Shown here: positions 57,342-64,000 of the stretch, in pieces
Layout: each line of letters starts with the position of its first letter
How positions within the stretch are numbered: the stretch's first letter is position 1
Assembly (NCBI GenBank): GCA_041844735.1
Contig: JBGZBP010000008.1
Coordinates: 14,133-78,132 of the forward strand
Origin: Bacillota bacterium
GTDB taxonomy: Bacteria > Bacillota > Clostridia > Peptostreptococcales > Anaerovoracaceae
Direction: 5' to 3'
Length of the DNA: 64,000 bases
Made by a program: the position numbers and the translations under genes
The notes under the pieces: model-generated
Told to the model about the DNA's origin: nothing
Database searches by the model: none
Seen by the model: the letters and a program-made list of their open reading frames with translations, nothing else

Positions 57342-57398
57342 TTGCGTTAGTGATTAATAAGAAAACATTGTGAAAGATATAGGTAAAGAAGGGACATT

Positions 57399-58349
57399 AT
57401 GACAAATAAAAATTCAGATATCTTGCAGAGAAAAGCATTAATCTTTAATGTCCAGAAATATAATACTTTTGACGGACCGGGTGTTAGAACTTTAGTGTTT
57501 TTTAAAGGGTGTCCACTGAGATGTAAATGGTGTGCAAACCCGGAAGGACTGGAAAGAAAATATCAGGTCATGTTTAAAACTAACAATTGTATCAACTGCG
57601 GTGCATGCGTGGCTGTTTGTCCTGTAGGAATTCATAAGATGGATGAGGAAGGAAACCACGTCATCAATAGACAGATTAACTGCATAGGATGTAGAGAATG
57701 TCAGGAAGCCTGTCTTACGAATGCACTTAATATCATGGGTGAAGAGAAGACTATTTCCGAAATCCTTGATATTATAGAAGAGGATAGAGAGTTTTATGAT
57801 GTATCAGGCGGCGGAGTAACTCTTGGGGGAGGAGAAGTGCTGGCACAGCACGATGCAGCCAAGAGTTTGCTTATGGCATGCAAACAAGCAGGAATCAACA
57901 CGGCTATAGAAACATCAGGCTATACTAAAAAAGAAAATATTTTGGAAATTGCCGATTATGTAGATTTATTCCTGTTTGATATAAAGCACATGAACCCTGA
58001 AAGACATATAGAACTTACAGGAGTTAATAATGAGGTGATACTCGAGAATCTCAAGACTCTGTTGTCAAAAAGATATAACGTGCATATCAGAATGCCTATG
58101 CTGAAAGGTATTAATGACAGTGATGAAGAGTTGGAGGCGGTTGTTAAGTTTTTGATGCCGTTTAAGGATTACAAGAATTTTAAAGGTATAGACTTGTTGC
58201 CTTATCATAAAATGGGTGTAGGTAAATATGTCCAGCTTGATAAGGAATACCCTATCGAAGGAGATCCCAGCCTGTCCGAGGAGGATTTATCAAGGATAGA
58301 GGGTATTGTTAAAAGTTATGATTTCCCTGTAAATGTGGTCAGACATTAG
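57399..58349 (+). CDS. cutD: Glycyl-radical enzyme activating enzyme (radical SAM) for CutC
   Basis: CPLRCKWCANPE radical-SAM CX3CX2C plus two ferredoxin-like motifs (CINCGACVAVCP, CIGCRECQEAC). It lies directly downstream of the GRE gene. Confidence 0.9.
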   Translation: MTNKNSDILQRKALIFNVQKYNTFDGPGVRTLVFFKGCPLRCKWCANPEGLERKYQVMFKTNNCINCGACVAVCPVGIHKMDEEGNHVINRQINCIGCRECQEACLTNALNIMGEEKTISEILDIIEEDREFYDVSGGGVTLGGGEVLAQHDAAKSLLMACKQAGINTAIETSGYTKKENILEIADYVDLFLFDIKHMNPERHIELTGVNNEVILENLKTLLSKRYNVHIRMPMLKGINDSDEELEAVVKFLMPFKDYKNFKGIDLLPYHKMGVGKYVQLDKEYPIEGDPSLSEEDLSRIEGIVKSYDFPVNVVRH

Positions 58350-58361
58350 TATGGAGTGTAG

Positions 58362-58724
58362 GTGGTAAAAATGGGAATATTACATGAAGAAGCAACAGGA
58401 AGAATAATACAGGAATCGGTGCCCGGAAAGCAGGTCACCATTGCACATGTGATAGCGGCTCCGACACACGATATCTATGAGAGATTGGGTATTGATGACA
58501 AGGGAGCTATAGGGATTTTGACACTTTCTCCTTATGAAACGGCTATTATAGCAGCGGATATTGCAACCAAGGCAGCGGAAGTTCAAGTAGGATTCTTGGA
58601 TCGTTTCACAGGTTCCGTGGTAATAACCGGTGATGTTCAAAGTGTGGAAACCGCTTTGACGCAGGTTACAGAGAAGCTCTGTGATATTTTAGGATTTGCA
58701 ACATCGGAAATTACAAGAACATGA
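58362..58724 (+). CDS. Circularly permuted BMC shell protein (PduU/EutS-like)
   Basis: [21 protein letters not shown]...[24 protein letters not shown]...[20 protein letters not shown]. The start is either GTG 58362 or ATG 58371. Confidence 0.85.
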   Translation: MVKMGILHEEATGRIIQESVPGKQVTIAHVIAAPTHDIYERLGIDDKGAIGILTLSPYETAIIAADIATKAAEVQVGFLDRFTGSVVITGDVQSVETALTQVTEKLCDILGFATSEITRT

Positions 58725-59164
58725 GAAAGAAGAGAATTATGATAATAGGTCCAAGCGGTTCAGGAAAAACCACCATAGCAAATATGCTTAATGATTATGA
58801 TGGACCTTTAAGAAAAACACAGGATACGATATATGGGGAACGGACATTGGACGTACCGAGCTCATATCTGGAAATTCCATGGATGTACATGCACATGATT
58901 TCTTTGGCACAGGATGCATCTCACTTGCTAATCCTTGTGGATCAGTCAAGATGTGTAGACAAATATTCACCGAATTTGGCGAAAGCATTCAGAATACCGG
59001 TAATAGGGGTAATAACGAAATGTGATTTAAATCCTGAAAATGAGCAGAAATGTATAGATACTTTAAAAAGAATCGGTGTGGACGAACCATATATCAAATT
59101 GAGTATACCTAACGGTATAGGAATAGAGGAGCTTAAGGCTCGTTTATTCGGGGAAAATCTCTAA
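58721..59164 (+). CDS. EutP/PduV-family small GTPase
   Basis: [13 protein letters not shown]-loop, ...ITKCDL. Length 147 aa. ATGA overlap with the preceding gene. Confidence 0.85.
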   Translation: MRKKRIMIIGPSGSGKTTIANMLNDYDGPLRKTQDTIYGERTLDVPSSYLEIPWMYMHMISLAQDASHLLILVDQSRCVDKYSPNLAKAFRIPVIGVITKCDLNPENEQKCIDTLKRIGVDEPYIKLSIPNGIGIEELKARLFGENL

Positions 59165-59181
59165 AAGTAAAGGGGGATAAC

Positions 59182-59847
59182 ATGAAGTTTATAACAGAAG
59201 ATGAGTTGAGAACTTGTTACCGAAAAGAACCTTTTACCAGCTATCAGTTAGATGACGGGGTAAAACTTACTCCGGGCGCCAGACAGTTCTTGCAGGATAG
59301 AGGCATACTTATGTTTCAGGGAAGCAAGAGCAGTATATCAAATAAGGTGTCATCATCCCCAGAAGGAACTACTGTTAAGGAATCGGAATGCGACATTTTA
59401 AAGAAAAAGCTTTTCATTAAAGTAAAATATGTTGAACTGAAATTTCTTCAAGCAACCGGACAATTATTGAAAAGTGATGTTAAAGCAGCAGAATCACTGA
59501 GTGATTTGAGGAGAAAATTGTCTGAAATTAAAGAGGTGGCTGTGAAGGATGATGTGGCATTTGAAGCTAAATTAAGCACGCATGGAAGTGTGAGTGGAGA
59601 GAAATCTCAGGAGCTTGATATAACGGAATTGCATATTCAGTTAGAGAAAGGCGAACAAATACTTCTGTTTAGCGAATTGAAGCTTTTATTGGAAGAATTA
59701 TTAATAAGTGTTCCATGCTATTTTGGAGAAGATGCAGCAGAACAGAAAAGATGCTCGAAAGTTTCCGCCGTAATAGAGCAGATCATGAATGAGCTTTCAG
59801 GAATGATTTTTGCAGCATATGGAGGTAATGTATGTCAGAGAAAGTAG
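59182..59847 (+). CDS. BMC-locus protein of uncertain function; it resembles the Firmicute 'EutT/cobalamin adenosyltransferase-like' helical-bundle proteins
   Basis: The N-terminal MKFITEDELRTCYRKEPFTSYQLDDGVKLTPGARQFLQDRGI module recurs in eut/pdu-locus proteins. The C-terminal half is helical. Assignment is from memory only. Confidence 0.35.
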   Translation: MKFITEDELRTCYRKEPFTSYQLDDGVKLTPGARQFLQDRGILMFQGSKSSISNKVSSSPEGTTVKESECDILKKKLFIKVKYVELKFLQATGQLLKSDVKAAESLSDLRRKLSEIKEVAVKDDVAFEAKLSTHGSVSGEKSQELDITELHIQLEKGEQILLFSELKLLLEELLISVPCYFGEDAAEQKRCSKVSAVIEQIMNELSGMIFAAYGGNVCQRK

Positions 59848-60674
59848 TAGATTTCAGCTATTGTGACAAATTGGTTGAAGACTTTGAAAAAGTTATAAAA
59901 GACCCGATAGTAGAGAAGTCAAAGCAATACTATACAGGTGTCGACCTGGGTACAGCATGTGTAGTATTGGCAGTTCTTGATGACAACAAAAGACCTGTAG
60001 CAGGTGCTTACAGATATGCAGATGTAGTTAAAGACGGAATGGTAGTTGACTACATAGGTGCGGTAAACATTGTTAGAGAGCTTAAAGAGCAAATTGAAGA
60101 AAAGCTGGGTGTGGAGTTGGAATTGGCAGCAGCAGCTATCCCGCCGGGAACAGATGAACTGGATTCCGGAGCGATAAAGAATGTTGTTCAAGGTGCAGGA
60201 TTCATGTTGACAAACCTTTTGGATGAACCGACTGCAGCAAATGAGGTTCTTAAGATTAAGAACGGTGCAGTGGTTGATATAGGAGGAGGCACGACAGGAA
60301 TATCAATATTAAAAGATGGTGAAGTAATCTTTGTTGATGACGAACCGACAGGCGGTACGCATTTTTCACTTGTTGTATCCGGAGCTTATAAAATGCCTTT
60401 TAATGAGGCGGAGCTGTACAAGAGAAATGAGGATAACCACAAGGAACTTTTGCCGGTATTGAAACCGGTAATAGAAAAGGTTGCGGCTATTATCAAGAAT
60501 AGTGCCGAAGGATATAATGTTGATGCTATTTCACTTGTAGGCGGTACGGCATGCCTTACAGGTATAGAGGGTATTATTGAAAAATGGACAGGATTTCCGA
60601 CATATAAGCCGATAAATCCTATGTTCGTTACACCTCTGGGCATCGCATTAAGTTGTAAAGATGAAGAAATGTAG
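59832..60674 (+). CDS. eutJ: EutJ-like actin/Hsp70-fold chaperone
   Basis: YTGVDLGTACVVLAVLD, VVDIGGGTTGISIL, SLVGGTACLTG ATPase-fold motifs. Length 280 aa. Confidence 0.85.
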   Translation: MSEKVVDFSYCDKLVEDFEKVIKDPIVEKSKQYYTGVDLGTACVVLAVLDDNKRPVAGAYRYADVVKDGMVVDYIGAVNIVRELKEQIEEKLGVELELAAAAIPPGTDELDSGAIKNVVQGAGFMLTNLLDEPTAANEVLKIKNGAVVDIGGGTTGISILKDGEVIFVDDEPTGGTHFSLVVSGAYKMPFNEAELYKRNEDNHKELLPVLKPVIEKVAAIIKNSAEGYNVDAISLVGGTACLTGIEGIIEKWTGFPTYKPINPMFVTPLGIALSCKDEEM

Positions 60675-60686
60675 AGGGTGGTAATT

Positions 60687-60983
60687 ATGGATTTTAGAAT
60701 TATAAAATCTCCATCACGGGGAACCATAGATATACTTGCCAGGAGAAAAGGTTCCGGCAAATCAATGGACATTGACTGCATCGACGCAATCGGCTTAGTT
60801 CAAGGAAAAATGATAGAAATGGTGGTAGCAGCGGATATTGCGGAAAAAGCAGTGGGAGTGACAGTTGAAGACATAAGAGGAAGCTGTCCTCAAAATATGA
60901 TTCTTTTAGCGATATTCGGTGATACAGCCTCTGTAGAATCGGCTATCAAAGAGATTAAACAGAAAATTAGGGAGGAAATTTAA
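60687..60983 (+). CDS. Permuted BMC shell protein with a pore-loop cysteine (GrpU-like candidate Fe-S shell protein)
   Basis: RIIKSPSRGTIDIL...AIGLVQGKMIEMVVAADIAEKA...IRGSCPQNMILLAIFGDTASVESAI parallels the PduU/EutS order but carries a GSCPQ loop. ATG at 60687 follows GAGGGTGG. Confidence 0.6.
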   Translation: MDFRIIKSPSRGTIDILARRKGSGKSMDIDCIDAIGLVQGKMIEMVVAADIAEKAVGVTVEDIRGSCPQNMILLAIFGDTASVESAIKEIKQKIREEI

Positions 60984-60984
60984 A

Positions 60985-61248
60985 ATGTTAACGGCTAGAA
61001 TAATTGATAATATATGGTCAACACGAAAAGTTGAAGCCCTAAACGGAATGAAGTTGATGCTTGCAGAGGTGATAGGAGGAGCCAATGCCGGAGAGAGAAT
61101 TGTGGCGGTTGACACAATAAGTGCCGGACGAGGCGACAGGGTGATTGTATGTACAGGTTCTTCAGCTAGAAGAATGCTTATGGATGATACCTTGCCGGTA
61201 GACGCAGTGGTAGTCGGGATTATAGATGAGGACTGCGAAATAGTTTAG
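60985..61248 (+). CDS. eutN: BMC-P pentameric vertex protein (EutN/PduN/CcmL family)
   Basis: MLTARIIDNIWSTRKVEALNGMKLMLAEVI...VAVDTISAGRGDRVIV. Length 87 aa. Confidence 0.9.
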   Translation: MLTARIIDNIWSTRKVEALNGMKLMLAEVIGGANAGERIVAVDTISAGRGDRVIVCTGSSARRMLMDDTLPVDAVVVGIIDEDCEIV

Positions 61249-61268
61249 AAAATCAGGAGGTAAGAAAT

Positions 61269-62597
61269 ATGCAGCTTCTGGATCAAATAAAAGAAGGTGG
61301 TATTATCGGTGCCGGCGGAGCAGGATTTCCAACCCATGCAAAACTGGCAGGCGAAGCGGAGTTCATTTTGATGAACGGTGCTGAGTGCGAACCACTGTTA
61401 AGAGTTGACCAGCAGTTAATGGAATTTATGCCTGATGAAATTATCCAAGGCTTCGCAGCTGCAGGAAAGATTGTTAAGGCTAAACGTGCCATTATCGGAA
61501 TAAAGAAAAAACATGGCAGAGTTATAGAAATATTACGTGAAAGAATTAATGCATTAGGATATGGAGATTTCGTTTCGGTAGGTGAGCTGCCTGATATTTA
61601 TCCGGCAGGAGACGAACAGGTGTTGGTGTATGAACTTACAGGAAGAGTGGTGCCTGAGACAGGCATTCCTATAATGGTGGGATGTGTTGTGGTTAACAGT
61701 GAAACATCGTTGAACATATACAGAGCTATGAATGGAAAACCTGTAACTGAAACATATGTAACACTCGCAGGTGATATACCTAACAGAGTAACCTTTAAAG
61801 TGCCTGTAGGGACACCTATAATAGATGTTTTGAAACAAAGCGGTGTTGATAATTTGGAAGACTATGCGGTGATTGACGGCGGTCCTATGATGGGACCTGT
61901 AATGCCTGAGATTGGCGGATATATGACAAAAAAGCAGAAGGGCTTTGTGCTTTTGAAGAAGAATCACCCGTTGATTAAGAAGAAGACTGCAACCATGCAG
62001 CAGGCTGTAAGGGTAAACAGAGGTGCATGTGAACAATGCAGAATGTGTACGGATCTTTGTCCAAGATACTTACTGGGACATGATATGCAGCCGCATAAAA
62101 TGATGAGGGCTATGACATATAATTTTGGTGACAGTGAGGGGCAGAGAATAGCACAGCTTTGTTGCCAATGTGGATTATGTGAATTTTTCTCATGTCCTGC
62201 AGGACTTTTTCCGAAGCAAGCAAATATGTTCTTTAAGGCAAAACAGATGGAAAATGGTGAAAAGTACCAAAAAAAATATGAAGTTTTCGAGGCAAGAAGC
62301 GCCAGAGAATATAGACTGGTTCCAAGCAAGAGACTTATTGTAAGACTGGGACTTAAAGACTTTGACAAGCCGGCTCCCATGGAGGCTATAGAGTTGAGAC
62401 CCGATGTTGTAAAAATCAGGCTCAGTCAACATGTTGGAGCACCTGCTGAACCTATAGTGTCAGTGGGAAGCATGGTGACGGAGGGTCAAATGATAGGCAA
62501 GATTCCCGAGGGGGCACTTGGAGCACCTATACATGCAAGTATATCAGGAAGAGTTGAAGAGGTCGCAGACGGCTATATCACAATAAGGAGGAACTAG
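61269..62597 (+). CDS. pduS: PduS/RnfC-like flavin and Fe-S oxidoreductase
   Basis: GIIGAGGAGFPTHAKL nucleotide-binding motif, SLBB region, and two 4Fe-4S motifs (CEQCRMCTDLCP, CCQCGLCEFFSCP). Confidence 0.8.
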   Translation: MQLLDQIKEGGIIGAGGAGFPTHAKLAGEAEFILMNGAECEPLLRVDQQLMEFMPDEIIQGFAAAGKIVKAKRAIIGIKKKHGRVIEILRERINALGYGDFVSVGELPDIYPAGDEQVLVYELTGRVVPETGIPIMVGCVVVNSETSLNIYRAMNGKPVTETYVTLAGDIPNRVTFKVPVGTPIIDVLKQSGVDNLEDYAVIDGGPMMGPVMPEIGGYMTKKQKGFVLLKKNHPLIKKKTATMQQAVRVNRGACEQCRMCTDLCPRYLLGHDMQPHKMMRAMTYNFGDSEGQRIAQLCCQCGLCEFFSCPAGLFPKQANMFFKAKQMENGEKYQKKYEVFEARSAREYRLVPSKRLIVRLGLKDFDKPAPMEAIELRPDVVKIRLSQHVGAPAEPIVSVGSMVTEGQMIGKIPEGALGAPIHASISGRVEEVADGYITIRRN

Positions 62598-62598
62598 T

Positions 62599-63147
62599 AT
62601 GGCTAAGGCAATAGGAATGGTTGAATTTGTGAGCATTGCTCGTGGCATATATGTTGCCGACCAGATGGTGAAAATCGCAGATGTTGAAATCGTAACATCT
62701 ACATCAACTTGCCCCGGTAAATATATTACTATAGTGCATGGTGATGTGGCAGCTGTTGAGACATCAGTGGCAATGGGCGAGAAGCTTGCAGGTGAATATT
62801 TTGTTGATTCTATAGTTATTGCAAATGTACATCCGGGAGTCTTTCCGGCAATTACGGGATCGTGTATACCGGACAGCATACAGGCAATAGGTGTTGTAGA
62901 GTCATTTGCAATGTCGACTATGATAATAGCGGCTGATGCGATATTAAAGGCAGCAGAGCTTGAATCAATAGAATTAAGACTGGGTAACGGTTTGGGTGGA
63001 AAGGCTTTCTTCGTTTTCACGGGAGATGTTGCGGCGGTTGAAACCGGAGTGGAAGCAGGAAAGAAAATAGCCGTGGAGAAAGGATTGTTGGTAGATACTG
63101 AGGTGATTCCTTCTCCGTCAGAGCTTGTAATTCCATCTTTATTATAA
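62599..63147 (+). CDS. pduT: BMC-T tandem-domain shell protein (PduT-like, pore Cys38)
   Basis: Two BMC domains in 182 aa. The first carries TSTSTCPGKY, with Cys at residue 38 as in the PduT 4Fe-4S pore site. Confidence 0.85.
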   Translation: MAKAIGMVEFVSIARGIYVADQMVKIADVEIVTSTSTCPGKYITIVHGDVAAVETSVAMGEKLAGEYFVDSIVIANVHPGVFPAITGSCIPDSIQAIGVVESFAMSTMIIAADAILKAAELESIELRLGNGLGGKAFFVFTGDVAAVETGVEAGKKIAVEKGLLVDTEVIPSPSELVIPSLL

Positions 63148-63196
63148 AAAGTAATAGTATAAGTTATTGTATCCGTTTGAAAGGAGGTGAATACGC

Positions 63197-63892
63197 ATGA
63201 AGAGATTGATTTGTGCGAAAGAAGTTGAAGAAGCTTGCAAAAGTGGGAAAAAGTCAATTTACATTGATGCTGATACGTTAATTACACCGTCTGCAAAGGA
63301 TGAGGCGGCAAGTTTGGGCGTAGAATTTGTTGAAGGTGATTGTTGTTGCCAGGGTAACACGGTGCAAAATACGGCTACAACTCCGTCAGCAGCGTGTTCT
63401 TCAGGAGATAACAAGGGTTTGGACAGCGACATGATATATAAGGCTTTACAGGCTATGCTTGCAAAGGGTCTTATTGACGGATCCAGCTTTGAAGGAGGAT
63501 GTGCAGTATCAGGAGATGCACCTTATGCAGCTGATTCACATTGCAACGGATTGAAAGTGGTTAAGGGCGGCAGTGTTAGAATGGATGAGTTTGATACAGG
63601 CAATCCTAATGCTAAAGTCAGCTATCAGGAGTTGGTTCACAAAGAGGAAAGCCAGATGAGTGCAGGGTTCCTTGTGATAGACAATTCATCGTTTGAATGG
63701 GGACTTACATATGACGAAATCGACTATGTAATAGAAGGAACCGTTGTAGTAACAATTGACGGAAAACCTTACACAGCTAAGGCAGGGGACGTACTGTTCG
63801 TACCTAAGGGATCAAACGTTGTTTGGGGCTCTCCGGATAAGGCTAGGATATTCTATACAACTTATCCTGCTAACTGGCCGGATTTATTATAA
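63197..63892 (+). CDS. eutQ: EutQ-like cupin protein with N-terminal LITPSAKD module and Cys-rich linker
   Basis: C-terminal cupin (IDYVIEGTVVVTIDGKPYTAKAGDVLFVPKGSNVVW). N-terminal ..DADTLITPSAKDEAASLGVEF. Confidence 0.7.
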   Translation: MKRLICAKEVEEACKSGKKSIYIDADTLITPSAKDEAASLGVEFVEGDCCCQGNTVQNTATTPSAACSSGDNKGLDSDMIYKALQAMLAKGLIDGSSFEGGCAVSGDAPYAADSHCNGLKVVKGGSVRMDEFDTGNPNAKVSYQELVHKEESQMSAGFLVIDNSSFEWGLTYDEIDYVIEGTVVVTIDGKPYTAKAGDVLFVPKGSNVVWGSPDKARIFYTTYPANWPDLL

Positions 63893-63910
63893 CCTAAGGA
63901 GGGTTAAAAA

Positions 63911-64000
63911 ATGCAGGCAATAGGAATGGTAGAAACAAAAGGTTTGGTAGCAGCTATTGAAACTTCGGATGCGATGCTTAAGGCGGCAGATGTTACACTG
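63911..64000 (+). CDS. BMC-H shell protein (PduA/PduJ-like), 5' fragment truncated by the window end
   Basis: MQAIGMVETKGLVAAIETSDAMLKAADVTL after AAGGAGGG. The locus continues beyond the window. Confidence 0.85.
   Translation, partial: MQAIGMVETKGLVAAIETSDAMLKAADVTL

Noticed and set aside
62544-63257. 237-aa minus-strand ORF opposite pduT
   Set aside because: It is a shadow ORF of the Ala/Val/Gly-rich BMC-T gene (Ser/Thr/Ala-rich antisense translation). The + strand product has clear BMC domains.
1-64000. Search for tRNA or rRNA genes, CRISPR arrays, IS or transposase genes, integrases and phage modules
   Set aside because: I recognised no cloverleaf-like or rRNA-like conserved segments, no regularly spaced direct repeats, and no transposase, integrase or defence-type ORFs. 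Intergenic space is minimal, apart from the 50.6-51.3 kb leader.

Overview
Low-GC Firmicutes (Clostridia-like) chromosomal segment with about 60 genes. All but one are on the + strand, and many junctions are overlapping or translationally coupled. Positions 1-50.6 kb are core housekeeping genes in classic Firmicute synteny: nrdR-cmk; radC-mreBCD-PBP2-minD; pyrH-frr-uppS-cdsA-dxr-rseP-ispG-polC; tcdA-cysK-coaB-coaC-mnmA-plsX-rnc-smc-ftsY-der-plsY-gpsA; rmuC and deoB. From about 50.6 kb to the window edge the content is accessory. An unusually long (~700 bp) non-coding leader is followed by a permease and a glycyl-radical-enzyme bacterial microcompartment (BMC) locus. From active-site residues I identify this locus as a choline trimethylamine-lyase (cutC/cutD, GRM1-type) system; it runs off the window end. 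The most unusual observations are: (1) a single ORF fusing a Tet(M)/EF-G-like translational GTPase to a Rae1/YacP-type NYN endoribonuclease domain; (2) a PolC that lacks the whole DEDDh proofreading exonuclease insertion; (3) an AdhE-type aldehyde dehydrogenase paralogue next to cutC whose catalytic Cys is replaced by Pro; (4) a DMT-like permease plus an 88-aa unknown protein heading the cut locus; (5) two promoter-like elements with MerR-style 19/20-bp spacers, an 11-codon uORF and a nested inverted-repeat element in the leader, directly downstream of a MerR/GyrI-like regulator. I saw no rRNA, tRNA, CRISPR array, IS element or phage genes. All family assignments come from reading motifs in the supplied translations, with no database search.
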